Below, one piece after another: positions 26,697 through 36,406 of a DNA stretch of 53,650 bases. The notes under the pieces were generated by a model. It was not told the origin of the DNA. It saw nothing but the letters and a program-made list of their open reading frames with translations, and did no database searches. Position 1 is the first letter of the stretch. Each line of letters starts with the position of its first letter. The position numbers and the translations under genes are program-made. The stretch is from a virus (lineage: Duplodnaviria > Caudoviricetes): the IMG/VR virus record IMGVR_UViG_3300025009_000135, positions 1 through 53,650 of that record; one strand, 5' to 3'.

Positions 26697-27830
26697 CTAT
26701 ACCCGGTCAACAAACGTCACCGTTCCGAGCTTTGCTTTTTCGCCGCCATAAAGCACGTACGACGATAGCTGTAGGTCGCCAGAATCGCGTACTACAAGAT
26801 CGAGGATGCTCGCCCCGCCTTCGCTGGCCACGTCAAATACCGCCGACGACACGCCTGAATCCGTCATGGTGTCATTTCGCAATAGCGATACGCCTTCATT
26901 GTACGGCGACAAGTCAAGCATGTAGTCAGTCAACGCCGACTCAATGTCCGTTTTGATTTGTGCCGTGCCATCCTTAATATCGATGGTCACGTCAAAAACC
27001 TTCCGCGTGATCGGATAGCATGTCACCACGTCGCATATCGGCTTGCGATCAAGTAGCCCCGTTTCAGGATTGCTCGTAACATACGACAGTAATGTCGCGA
27101 GTTGCGCGGTGGTCGGTATGCCGTCGGTCTCGTTGTCGACCTCTCCATAAATCCATACCTCAAGGGGTGCGCTTCCTGCAACCGGCGATACCCAAATGAA
27201 ATGAGGCGCCTCGATACCCCATAGGTAGTAGTCCGCCGGTGATCCACCAGTATAGCGCCGTTTGTACCTCGCAATGACTCGCGCACGGAATGACGCCTCA
27301 CTCTCCTTGTCGTCGCCGTCCGTCGTCGTATCGACCACCACCGCCGCTCCTGTCAGCACTGGGTCGGGCGTGATGATCGATAGCGCCTCGCCGTCGGCGA
27401 TGTTTCCGGAGTCGCCAGCCGATACCGCCGTGAGGGTGCAGAGCTTTAGGCCGCCCGCGATAGTTCCGCCGGTCGTGACGGTGTAAACTTGATTTGTTGA
27501 CGACTTGAACGCCGTGCCGACTGTGACCGACTCGCCCGTGGTGCCGTATACGTTCGCCGTGATGACCGCCGCAACCGCTGGCGTAGGAGATATGCCGACA
27601 AGCTTCCCGAGTAGCACCAGAGCCGCATAGTCCGCCGTCTCGGGGAAAATCTGTTTGTAGACCCAAAGTATCGCGTTATACAAAAGTATCACGACACCAG
27701 CAACGGCTCGGGCCACGACCTTGTTGAACGCCTTGGCTAGGCTCGGCGTGGTCTGGCCGGTGTCGCCTTCGATATCGGATATGATGCGATTGGCTATTTC
27801 GGTAGCGCTTGGAATTGTTGGTAGTGCCAT
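26697..27830 (-). CDS. baseplate J/gp47-like protein
   Basis: QIFPETAD, GDDKESEASFRAR, GGSPADY..W motifs. Confidence 0.9.
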   Translation of the reverse strand: MALPTIPSATEIANRIISDIEGDTGQTTPSLAKAFNKVVARAVAGVVILLYNAILWVYKQIFPETADYAALVLLGKLVGISPTPAVAAVITANVYGTTGESVTVGTAFKSSTNQVYTVTTGGTIAGGLKLCTLTAVSAGDSGNIADGEALSIITPDPVLTGAAVVVDTTTDGDDKESEASFRARVIARYKRRYTGGSPADYYLWGIEAPHFIWVSPVAGSAPLEVWIYGEVDNETDGIPTTAQLATLLSYVTSNPETGLLDRKPICDVVTCYPITRKVFDVTIDIKDGTAQIKTDIESALTDYMLDLSPYNEGVSLLRNDTMTDSGVSSAVFDVASEGGASILDLVVRDSGDLQLSSYVLYGGEKAKLGTVTFVDRV

Positions 27831-28258
27831 TATCTATACCCCTTAGCGGTCAGTGTTCCTTTTTCCCAGTTGATAGAAAAGCGAGTTTTTCCAGTTGGCG
27901 CCACAATGTCGACTGACCATCCAATTGAATACGCGGATATAATCTGGCCTGTAACCGTAACGCTCGACGCGGCTTTCGACGACACCAGAAAAGCAAGCGC
28001 CCGCTCGATGGCCTTCTCGCCGTTGACTTCCGTCTCTTCATTGACGCGAGCATTTTTGACGACGCCCGGAAACGCCGAATTCATGCGCTCGTCCGGGTTG
28101 TCGGTCATGCCGTTCATGGGGCCGCCTTCTCCGAATATGGCCAAAAGGACGCAGGTCTCGAAGCCGTCAGTCATAAGCGGATGGCCGTTCTCGTAGACGA
28201 TATCGCATTCGTTTGTTAGCGGGTCGTAGGTTAATAGCACGTCGCCGGTATATGTCAT
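27830..28258 (-). CDS. Mu gp46-like baseplate protein
   Basis: ETCVLLAIF...ERALAFLV; position before J. Confidence 0.7.
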   Translation of the reverse strand: MTYTGDVLLTYDPLTNECDIVYENGHPLMTDGFETCVLLAIFGEGGPMNGMTDNPDERMNSAFPGVVKNARVNEETEVNGEKAIERALAFLVSSKAASSVTVTGQIISAYSIGWSVDIVAPTGKTRFSINWEKGTLTAKGYR

Positions 28259-28467
28259 GTCAACGACCCTGTTCCGGTAGTCGCACCGGTACCTGTTGCG
28301 GGAGTTACCTGCACGGCTATACCTGCATTGACAGTAGCGCTTAATACCGCCGACCTGATAATGTCAGCCATAGTATCTGCAAATGCGTCCTCGGTCATTG
28401 CGCTATTTTTTGCCGAATTGTATAGCGCCAATAACGATGCTTTTATCGTGGCCTTGACTACTGCCAT
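28255..28467 (-). CDS. small baseplate/spike-associated protein
   Basis: ATVNAGIAVQV...TGATTGTGSL; follows the spike gene. Confidence 0.6.
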   Translation of the reverse strand: MAVVKATIKASLLALYNSAKNSAMTEDAFADTMADIIRSAVLSATVNAGIAVQVTPATGTGATTGTGSLT

Positions 28468-28961
28468 TATATATCCTTTACGAGCAATTTGAACCGCTCG
28501 CCGATTGCGGTAAGATTTGCTATACTTGTCGGCATAAGCGCGTGATTCGTAGGGCTTCCGAACGTTTGTATTGCAAGTATTTCATTGATCAAGTCATTTA
28601 TTAAACCGGCAAGATTTTCGGCCGCGTTTTTTATTCCTATTTTCCCATCGCTATCAAGTAGCATAAATGCTTTTTCCGATCCATCTGCATCAGTAGAGTA
28701 GACCTTGGTCGCGCCGGGATTTGCTGGCGGGTCGACGCTATAGGTATATGCTCCAATAATAATTGACAGGCTTCCAATACGGATTCGGACGCCTTTGGTT
28801 TTTTTCGACGGCCTAGAGACGAACCCATGCGCCGCGTACACTTCGGCATCAAGGCCGCGCTCGGCATCGCCTGAAGCGGTAGCTACTACCGACGGCCCCT
28901 CGGCGCGGTCTATAGTTTCTATTTCGGTACTGGCAATAGAGATGAAATTTGCTCGCTCCAC
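28467..28961 (-). CDS. baseplate spike (Mu gp45-like)
   Basis: HGFVSRP, PGATKVY; GTG start overlapping the hub stop with GGAG RBS. Confidence 0.7.
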   Translation of the reverse strand: MERANFISIASTEIETIDRAEGPSVVATASGDAERGLDAEVYAAHGFVSRPSKKTKGVRIRIGSLSIIIGAYTYSVDPPANPGATKVYSTDADGSEKAFMLLDSDGKIGIKNAAENLAGLINDLINEILAIQTFGSPTNHALMPTSIANLTAIGERFKLLVKDI

Positions 28962-30319
28962 TATTGTATCTCCAAGAATCCCGGCTGCTTGGACGGGCCA
29001 CTTGCCGGGGGCCGGGCCGGATATCCATACCACGGGAACGGCTCGCGCGGCATGGTAAGCGTATACGACTCGGGTAGCACTAGCTGCATTTCCGCAACGT
29101 CGCCGCCTCCGTCGTCCTTGGTAAGCTCGACGGATTCTGTAATGTACTCGGCCTCTTTGAACAAGAATGCTCCGGGCGCTTGCAGGGTCAGCTTTTGATT
29201 CTCAGCCCATAGTTCGCCATTGGCATTGCGCCAACCTGCCACGCGCACGGGTATCGATATCGACTCGGCAAAGCTTTTCGCCATGCGCCATTGCGCCGCC
29301 GTTTTAATGTTGCCTTCCTCGGCTTCGGACGCCTTGAACGCAAAGCCGCGAGGGCGGGAGACGGCCGAATCGTTGAGCGTGACTGATACGCCAGAGACGC
29401 CTGATTCTTCGGTCAATCCAATCCATTTTGAATACCGCTTGGAGCCATCGAACGACGACGCGACGGACAAGAGCGGGTAGACGCCTTGAATAAGCGAGCA
29501 CGCCGGGCGGTCTTCGGTATTGGCGCGGCATAGAAGCAAGTTGCCATCGGGCATGGAAGTAATCAAAAAGCCTTTTTGCTTGGCAAGGTCTTGCAGGAAT
29601 TCTCCGTCCGGTTGCGTGGCATCTTGCTCGACTCGACCGAACGCATCGCCGACCGCCGTTTGCGTTACGACGCCGCCGGAACCGTTAGACGAGTAACACG
29701 TGATACCATACGGCGCGGCGACTTCGCGGCAAATATCGAGGAGCGTCAGGCCACTTTTGAATACTAGATTTTTGCGCATACCCATACATTCGAGCATTTC
29801 GCCAGGCATCGTTCGGCACTCGATCTTGGCGACGGTTCCGGCGTCAGATTCGGAGTAGTCCCACTTCGACGCGAGCGCGGTGATATACAGTTCACCGCCG
29901 ATATACAGTTGCGCGGTGTACCAGGTGAACGGGCGGAGAAGGTCGACCATCGTGCGGTTGTACGGATCAAATGGCAATTCAAAAATAAACCCGCTGGCGA
30001 TTTGGTTCATTTGGCGACCGATACGGCCGGTTTTCACGCCTTCTAGCTTGACACCATTGAGGCGGATTTCAATCTGCGTATCGAAGTCGGCTGTTATTGT
30101 TTCGTTATTATAACGATTTTTATAGAGCGGAAGAAAAAGCGAGTCACCTCCGAATACTACCGGAATGCCTTCTAGGGATAGCGTGCGGTCTTTTAGCGTA
30201 TCATAATTGGCGGCTACGACAAACGATGAAAGGTCGCGTCCATAGGCGAGGCGGGATATTGTGCGGATCGTGTCGCCATAGACGACGGTGTACCATGATC
30301 CTTGCGTGGGCTTAGGCAT
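28961..30319 (-). CDS. baseplate hub (Mu gp44-like) with N-terminal LysM-like domain
   Basis: YTVVYGDTIRTISRLAYG; VAGWRNANGELWAEN. Confidence 0.8.
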   Translation of the reverse strand: MPKPTQGSWYTVVYGDTIRTISRLAYGRDLSSFVVAANYDTLKDRTLSLEGIPVVFGGDSLFLPLYKNRYNNETITADFDTQIEIRLNGVKLEGVKTGRIGRQMNQIASGFIFELPFDPYNRTMVDLLRPFTWYTAQLYIGGELYITALASKWDYSESDAGTVAKIECRTMPGEMLECMGMRKNLVFKSGLTLLDICREVAAPYGITCYSSNGSGGVVTQTAVGDAFGRVEQDATQPDGEFLQDLAKQKGFLITSMPDGNLLLCRANTEDRPACSLIQGVYPLLSVASSFDGSKRYSKWIGLTEESGVSGVSVTLNDSAVSRPRGFAFKASEAEEGNIKTAAQWRMAKSFAESISIPVRVAGWRNANGELWAENQKLTLQAPGAFLFKEAEYITESVELTKDDGGGDVAEMQLVLPESYTLTMPREPFPWYGYPARPPASGPSKQPGFLEIQ

Positions 30320-30653
30320 ACTCCCTCACAATCAGGCCGTGCGCTATTGCCCGTCGTTTCATGTCAGCGGTACCGGTTCCACCGGGGAACAATATGCAGA
30401 TATCCGCGTGTTCCGCCATGGCTTCGTTGCGGATAGGGCCGGCAGCCTTGCCATAACGATACCAGTCGGCGGGGAATATCAACACGGAAATTCCGTGGTA
30501 CTCGGCCCATCGCTCGCCAAAATTGTCAGCTCCGCTCGCGCCTCCGGACACGACTGCATCTATCCCGAGGCTGTCGCGTAGACTGTCGAGCCATGCGGCC
30601 TCGGCTTTTCCGCCTTGGTAGTTGCGCCCTCCGGCTATGATTGCCTTAGGCAT
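30312..30653 (-). CDS. YspA/SLOG (DUF2493-like) protein inserted in the tail operon
   Basis: IIAGGRNY, SGGASGAD, GKAAGPIRNEAM, FPGGTGTADM. Confidence 0.85.
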   Translation of the reverse strand: MPKAIIAGGRNYQGGKAEAAWLDSLRDSLGIDAVVSGGASGADNFGERWAEYHGISVLIFPADWYRYGKAAGPIRNEAMAEHADICILFPGGTGTADMKRRAIAHGLIVREYA

Positions 30654-31968
30654 ACCAACACAACTCCCGACCGCCCGGTATCTCGACAAATTCCGCGCCG
30701 ACTATTTTATTTGTCCGGCAATAGAAGTCGAGCCGCGCAAGGTCGCCATATCGTACCCATGTTTCCGTCAACGGGTCAGACGGGGCGATGAGCCGATACG
30801 TACGCCGCGAGGCAAGGGAGAAGGCGCGATCTAGTAGCAGGGCCTGTCCGTTGTACACCGCGCCGTAGAGGTCGCTTCCTACGTCATGGTCGGGGACGAA
30901 TAGCGTCTTGATCCCGCCGGACAGGGCAAGCGCGGTTGCATCCATTTGGGCTAAGTATTCGGCGTAAGTGTCCGTCATAGCATCAAGCGAACCGGCCACG
31001 CCGTCTCGGGTTTCGTAGGTGACATTGACCGCCGCGAGCGCAACCGACGCCGCCGACATAGCGCCCATGTACTGATATGTGAGCGCCAGGTTCAGGCGCT
31101 CGGCGCTTGTTGAGGCGTTGGCGATATCGGTGCCGTATTGGTCGATGAGATCGGACGCCATTCCGAGGTAGCCGTTGACAATATCGACGGTGGTTTGCGG
31201 TACCGACGCAATGGTTTGGAAAATTTGGCCGAATTGCGAGAGAATGACGACGGGGGATGCGCCTTCATCGATTGCTGAATAAAGGTCAGCGACAAGCGCG
31301 TCGATTTCTTCACGGACATCGGCTATGAGATCCTTGGTGCCATCGATAAATCCCGTCACGGTTGCGAGCTTGCCCTTAATAGACGCCTTGAATTTGGCAT
31401 AGGCGACTTTGCTTGACGTGACCATCTTCTGCGCGCGCTCAAGGGCGTTAGCGTCGATCTTTTTTGTTGCGTCGGCAATGCCGCTTGCGGACAGTTTCGA
31501 GCTCTGGCCGAATGTTTGTGATTTTGTTTCGCGGAACTCGACGGTAACGCGGGCAATGCCGACGCCGCCGCCGATGAATGATTCGTTTTGCTCGGGGGAG
31601 CCAAAGGGAATGACGGCGACATCGCCCCATCTTGGATGGTTGAGGATGCCGGGGGCGTCGGGGGTATAGCGCTCGTACATGGAGGCGTAAAAGGCGTCGG
31701 CTTCGGTATCGCAATTTTCTCCGACGAAGTATACCTCGAGGGAAAAAACATGGAGGCTTGAACCCATATCCTGGAGAATCGTTTCGTCAGAGTCGACCAC
31801 TTCATGGACGGCGGTTTTTTTCGTGCGCGAACGGGAGAGGGAATCGAAAAGAAAAGATGACTCCACGCCAGACGGGGAGGTAAACCGGCCAGCGCGAAGT
31901 CGGGATACGAACGCCGGGACGGAAGCGGCATCCACGGCGGGCAGGTCTAGGGTTAGGACATCGCTCAC
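30646..31968 (-). CDS. Mu gpN/gp43-like DNA circularisation tail protein
   Basis: PGILNHPRWGDV N-domain; position after tape measure. Confidence 0.8.
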   Translation of the reverse strand: MSDVLTLDLPAVDAASVPAFVSRLRAGRFTSPSGVESSFLFDSLSRSRTKKTAVHEVVDSDETILQDMGSSLHVFSLEVYFVGENCDTEADAFYASMYERYTPDAPGILNHPRWGDVAVIPFGSPEQNESFIGGGVGIARVTVEFRETKSQTFGQSSKLSASGIADATKKIDANALERAQKMVTSSKVAYAKFKASIKGKLATVTGFIDGTKDLIADVREEIDALVADLYSAIDEGASPVVILSQFGQIFQTIASVPQTTVDIVNGYLGMASDLIDQYGTDIANASTSAERLNLALTYQYMGAMSAASVALAAVNVTYETRDGVAGSLDAMTDTYAEYLAQMDATALALSGGIKTLFVPDHDVGSDLYGAVYNGQALLLDRAFSLASRRTYRLIAPSDPLTETWVRYGDLARLDFYCRTNKIVGAEFVEIPGGRELCWYA

Positions 31969-33530
31969 TGGAGCCTCCCGTATGATAGCGAAGGCTGGGC
32001 GGGGCCGCCTGGCGTGGTAGAAACTGCGGCGCCGCGCTCGGGGCGGACAAAGACCTCGGAGACTGAACGCGACTCGGAATAGGATCGAGACTCGGCGCCG
32101 TAGGTAGTCGGGCTGGCGTAAGCGGGGGCGGCATTTCCGGTCAAGAATTCGTTCATGTTGCTTTGGAATCCCTTGATTGCGCCGAGAGCGGGGGCGAGCT
32201 TGCTACTCATGCCGGGGATTTTGGACATGAGCGACAGGAGGCCGACTATCGCGTCGATTACAAGGTTAATCGGGGCGAGTAGACCGGCCATGAACGCTTG
32301 GCCGATTTCAAGAATTACGGCCCATATTTCCTTTCCAATATCGATAAATGGTTGCATGGCGGCGACTATTTCTTCCCAGTATTGGACAATGAGAACGATT
32401 GCGGCGATAAGGGCGATGATAGCGACAATAATCCACGTAGTCGGGTTGAGCATCATTACCGAATTATATATCGCCATGGCTACGGCTACGGCTTTGATAG
32501 CTACCACAAGGGTCAGGAGCATCGGCGCGAGGGGCGATACAAACTTGACGACATCGATAACCGTTCTTCCGAACGACAGCATTGAGTCTATGAGCTTTCC
32601 AATATCAACTTTGTCAAGCCATTCTCCAAAGCGGTCAGCGTTTTCAGATATATACGCCGACAGCTTGTCGATAAGTGGGTTAATTTTATCAAGAGCTTGG
32701 ATTCTGAATTCTAGCAACTTTTTGACGACCGGCTCTATGGCCTTGCCGAGCAATTCCCATGAATCGCCGCGCAAATTCGCTTCCTGTAATTTTAGTCCGG
32801 CGGTGGTTTTTGCAATGGCAGCAGCGGTTCCGCCGTACTGCTTTTCTATTTCGGTAAGTATTATATCTTGCGCTTGCGTTATTTTACCACTTTCAACCAT
32901 GCGCTTTATCATGGCTTTTTGCGTGACGGAAAACTGGATTCCGGAGCGAGATAAAGCCCCGAGGTTGGCAACAGGGTCGTTTAGGGCTTTCGATAGCGCT
33001 ATGGTTGTAGCCCGTAGCGATTCTTCACTGGTATTCAAGCCGTTCAGTTTTGCGGAAACATCGACGACGGCTTGCTGGGCGCGGTCGAATGCCGAGCCGG
33101 TGATATTAGTGAACGTCAGCATTTGCGCCGTTACGCCTTGAAGTATCGCTTCGTCGCCGATGAATGTATTTTTTTGTATGCTTGACGCTTGAGCTTCAAG
33201 CTGGGCGAGGCTACGGCCTACTGTTCCGCCTGTCGACAAAAGAGTTGCTTCGACCGATGCTATAGCGGCGGCTTGATGGTTCCACGCTTCGGTTGCCTTG
33301 TTGGCGGCTATGGCAATGCCAACAACGGCGGCGACAGCGGAGGCCCCTATACCAATTGCCGCGCGGTCGATCCCTTTCGACAATTTTGTGATATCTTTCC
33401 CGACGCCACCAAAATGCTTCTTCATAGTCTTTGAAAAACCAAGCATCTTAGTTTGCATTTTGTTCATAGGGCCGGTTATGCCATCGCTAAGCGAGAGGAT
33501 GGATTCTAGCGAAAATCTTTTAGACGCCAA
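31965..33530 (-). CDS. tape measure protein
   Basis: Ala/Ile-rich helical protein, KALNDP...LSRSGIQFS; TTG start with GAGGGG RBS. Confidence 0.85.
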   Translation of the reverse strand: MASKRFSLESILSLSDGITGPMNKMQTKMLGFSKTMKKHFGGVGKDITKLSKGIDRAAIGIGASAVAAVVGIAIAANKATEAWNHQAAAIASVEATLLSTGGTVGRSLAQLEAQASSIQKNTFIGDEAILQGVTAQMLTFTNITGSAFDRAQQAVVDVSAKLNGLNTSEESLRATTIALSKALNDPVANLGALSRSGIQFSVTQKAMIKRMVESGKITQAQDIILTEIEKQYGGTAAAIAKTTAGLKLQEANLRGDSWELLGKAIEPVVKKLLEFRIQALDKINPLIDKLSAYISENADRFGEWLDKVDIGKLIDSMLSFGRTVIDVVKFVSPLAPMLLTLVVAIKAVAVAMAIYNSVMMLNPTTWIIVAIIALIAAIVLIVQYWEEIVAAMQPFIDIGKEIWAVILEIGQAFMAGLLAPINLVIDAIVGLLSLMSKIPGMSSKLAPALGAIKGFQSNMNEFLTGNAAPAYASPTTYGAESRSYSESRSVSEVFVRPERGAAVSTTPGGPAQPSLSYGRLQ

Positions 33531-33615
33531 TCGTTTCCCCTCTCGGTTTAAAACGGGTACCGGGTTGCAGCCGGCCCTGCAGCTTGCTCCGCCATTGGTG
33601 GGCAAGTATCACTAC

Positions 33616-33649
33616 TATAGATATAGGCAACAACCTGCAATCTGTCTAG
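33616..33649 (-). promoter_or_regulatory. late-promoter motif copy (before tape measure)
   Basis: CTAGACAGAT-N12-CCTATATCTATA. Confidence 0.75.
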
Positions 33650-33657
33650 GTCTTGAC

Positions 33658-33685
33658 AAAAAACGCCCGTCATTACTGGCGGGCG
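33658..33685 (-). terminator. intrinsic terminator after the tail chaperones
   Basis: CGCCCGCCA-GTAA-TGACGGGCG-TTTTTT on the - strand. Confidence 0.85.
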
Positions 33686-33690
33686 CGTAG

Positions 33691-33966
33691 TCAATTTCTA
33701 TTTTTTTCGATGCGCTCGCGGATCAATTCGGCCATGCGTTCAGGCTTTGGTAGACTTCGCGGCTTGCCTTTTTCGGGGTGCAGGTATTCGTCGCGCAGTT
33801 GCTCCTCGACGGCTTGCCATTCGTAGATACGATAGTATCGGTCGACCTGTCTGGCGGTCATGGATTCGATACGCTCTATCGGGAGCGATCCGCCAAAATG
33901 CACCGCGAGCAGGCCGGTCAACAGGTCGTCGCTTGTGGGTTCCCGGTATTCTCTCCGGGTTACGAG
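33691..33966 (-). CDS. tail assembly chaperone frameshift extension (gpT-like)
   Basis: -1 frame is open from the slippery site into the 33691..33921 ORF. Confidence 0.75.
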   Translation of the reverse strand, partial: LVTRREYREPTSDDLLTGLLAVHFGGSLPIERIESMTARQVDRYYRIYEWQAVEEQLRDEYLHPEKGKPRSLPKPERMAELIRERIEKNRN

Positions 33967-33972
33967 AAAAAA
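33942..33972 (-). promoter_or_regulatory. programmed -1 frameshift signal
   Basis: T TTT TTC heptamer, 6-nt spacer, CCCGG-N8-CCGGG hairpin. Confidence 0.75.
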
Positions 33973-34361
33973 ACTTGATTCAGCGCGGAGATTACAGAAA
34001 AGTCACGGCCTTTTATTCGGCTTGCTTCGGCTATGGAAAGCCCGGCGGCTTTTGCGTATATGGCTTCTACCATCGATATTTTTTCGGTATCCTTAAACTT
34101 CTCGATGGTGCGTTTCTCTTCAAGGGTCAGCTCTTTTATTTCGACCAGTTCGCGGTTGCTTTTGTCCATGACGAGCGGGGCGGCGAGCTTGAGAGTGAAG
34201 ACTTCGCGGTCGGCATCGAAGGCTAGGCGCTCCGACATGACAGGGCGGACAAGGGTTTCAAGAGCGGCGGTGAAATCTTCGGTATCGGTATTGACATCGA
34301 GGACATCAGCCCATTCTTTTAGGGTGGCGATTGCTTCGTCTTTCGTGATCTTCGTTTCCAT
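33960..34361 (-). CDS. tail assembly chaperone (gpG-like)
   Basis: Between tube and TMP; ends at the slippery site. Confidence 0.8.
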   Translation of the reverse strand: METKITKDEAIATLKEWADVLDVNTDTEDFTAALETLVRPVMSERLAFDADREVFTLKLAAPLVMDKSNRELVEIKELTLEEKRTIEKFKDTEKISMVEAIYAKAAGLSIAEASRIKGRDFSVISALNQVFFS

Positions 34362-34430
34362 GGTTTACCTCCTAGGAAAAAAGTAGCCCGGCTGGGTGCG
34401 CACCGTTGGGAGGCGTGCCGGGCCTTGTGA

Positions 34431-34802
34431 TTACGCTATATCCAGCGTACCGTGCATTTCCAGCGACACGATACCGTTAGAATTTTCTAGTCCGCCATCG
34501 TTACCTATCGCCATCGTGCCTATGAGCAGGTCGCTTCCGGGCGTCGAGCATGACACCGATACGAACCGGCCTGAATTCTGTATGACCTTAAGCTTTTTGT
34601 ACGTATCCGCATTGAGGGCCACGTCCTGCTTGAGCATGCCGATATGGGGATTGGATTCGCCGTAGACTTGGCCATTGCCCGCGAGGTGGACGACGCCAGC
34701 GCGGCCCGACAGCGTATAAGACAGCTCGCTACCCTCGGCGGGGTCAAGCTCCATGCCATCGACTATCAATTCACGGGCGACGCCCTGTAAAACTTCTGCC
34801 AT
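34431..34802 (-). CDS. tail tube protein
   Basis: 123 aa, directly after sheath. Confidence 0.75.
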   Translation of the reverse strand: MAEVLQGVARELIVDGMELDPAEGSELSYTLSGRAGVVHLAGNGQVYGESNPHIGMLKQDVALNADTYKKLKVIQNSGRFVSVSCSTPGSDLLIGTMAIGNDGGLENSNGIVSLEMHGTLDIA

Positions 34803-34853
34803 TGCTTGTATCTCCTTTCAAAAAACAGGCGGCTCACAACCGCCCGCGTTGGT

Positions 34854-36374
34854 CTAGTACAGGAATCCAAGCCGTACCGCGATGATGCGCAAAGCCTCGG
34901 CGGGGTCATCGGTAACGGTGCCATCTATGCGGCTGTTATACGTCGCGTTGATTTCGGCGCTGATTGTAGCCTTCACGTCGTCGGGGTTTTTCGTCCAGCC
35001 TTCGGCGGCCCAGTTGTCGACGAGGGCGTACATGTCGGCCACGACTTTGTTCGGCTTGATGACGTAATCCTTGCCGGTTACGATGTCGTTCGATCCTACC
35101 ATTCCACGAGTGTACGGATCGGAAAGGAATTTCTGTTCGGCCTGATGCGCCTTGACCTGGCGAAGCGTAAGCTGGACAAGGGCGAACCACTCTTCGGTGG
35201 CGGCGCCGGCGCTGGTAAGGCGGTACGATAGCGCGATATCTCCGAGCATGAGCGTACCGGACGGCGAGAGCTTGCAATAGCCACCGCCAGCACGGAACAG
35301 GGCATCGACGCGGGGATAGGTGTCATCGAACACGCCGGACTTGACGGCGACGGGAAGCTCTAGGCCCATGAACGGGCGGCCAGGGTCAAGGCTGGCGGAC
35401 GCGGCGACAAGGCCGAGGACGGCAGCGCCGAATTCAGGGGCTGGGTGAAGGCATCGCGGATCCCATACGGGGGCGATATGGCGCGAGTTAATCGTCGCAG
35501 GGATGGCGAGGAAGGCGGAATACGCGGGCTTGACGTAGCCGACGACGGAACCCGCGAGGCGGTTTGGGCTGGCTTCCATGCGAGCGGTCAGGGCCGACTT
35601 GTATACGCCGAGCGCAGTGGAATCCTGATACGGGCACGTGATAAGCGTATACCACGTATTGCCGAGGTTGTCGACCCCAGAGCCAGCATCGAACACGCCG
35701 GTCACTACGGGGTCGCCAGTGCCGCCGGTGAAGTAGTTGAGCGCAGTAAAGGTGACGGCGCCTCCTGAGGGGTTGAGGGCAAGCTGGGAATCGCCATCGG
35801 GGTTGAGCATCATGTAGTGCTGATTGCCGTTAGTGCCGAGGTTCTTGCACGTCAGCGTGACAATATTTTCCGAGCCGGTACCACCGACAGCAGCGGTAAA
35901 CGGGGCGGAAATGTCGGCGGTGATAGCGGCTACAAGCGCGGCGGCCTGGTCATCGTCGGACATGCCAGAGGAGACGTTGAGCTGGTAAAGCGTGCCGCCT
36001 ATAGATACGGGCCAAGTGCCGGGGCCGGTCGTCGCGCCGGTAAAGGTGACGGTGCCGACAGCGGGGTCGCCAGTCGGGGCGGGGACGGCGACGCAATAGA
36101 CGTTTTCGGAGAATCCGCCGAGGGCGTCAAATATCCATAGCGCTTGGCGGTGAATCTCGGAGCCGTAACCAAAGTAATCAGCGACTTCATCGGCGGTGAA
36201 TTTCTGGACGATCTGGCCTGCAGTGACGCCGGTTTTTGCGGCAAGGAACTGGCCAACTATGAGCATCTTTTCGGGAATGTACGGCGACGCGGTTGAGCGC
36301 TTGACGCCTTTTAGCTCGATCTGGCGCATACTCGCCCGCCGGTATGACGGGAAGATTTCAAAACTGATGGGCAT
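34854..36374 (-). CDS. tail sheath protein (Mu gpL-like)
   Basis: YFGYGSEIH, VTLTCKNLGTNGN, SLDPGRPF. Confidence 0.9.
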   Translation of the reverse strand: MPISFEIFPSYRRASMRQIELKGVKRSTASPYIPEKMLIVGQFLAAKTGVTAGQIVQKFTADEVADYFGYGSEIHRQALWIFDALGGFSENVYCVAVPAPTGDPAVGTVTFTGATTGPGTWPVSIGGTLYQLNVSSGMSDDDQAAALVAAITADISAPFTAAVGGTGSENIVTLTCKNLGTNGNQHYMMLNPDGDSQLALNPSGGAVTFTALNYFTGGTGDPVVTGVFDAGSGVDNLGNTWYTLITCPYQDSTALGVYKSALTARMEASPNRLAGSVVGYVKPAYSAFLAIPATINSRHIAPVWDPRCLHPAPEFGAAVLGLVAASASLDPGRPFMGLELPVAVKSGVFDDTYPRVDALFRAGGGYCKLSPSGTLMLGDIALSYRLTSAGAATEEWFALVQLTLRQVKAHQAEQKFLSDPYTRGMVGSNDIVTGKDYVIKPNKVVADMYALVDNWAAEGWTKNPDDVKATISAEINATYNSRIDGTVTDDPAEALRIIAVRLGFLY

Positions 36375-36406
36375 TACTGGGCCTCCTTGTGTCCTGTTGT
36401 TCCCGC

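Noticed and set aside
32155-33141. 328-aa + strand ORF (also 6336..7085, 39029..39697, 39765..40436, 43758..44597 and similar)
   Set aside because: Antisense shadows of GC3-biased real genes; no RBS or motifs
33531-33605. N-terminal extension of the tape measure ORF
   Set aside because: Starts right at the predicted TSS without an RBS; TTG at 33530 has GAGGGG
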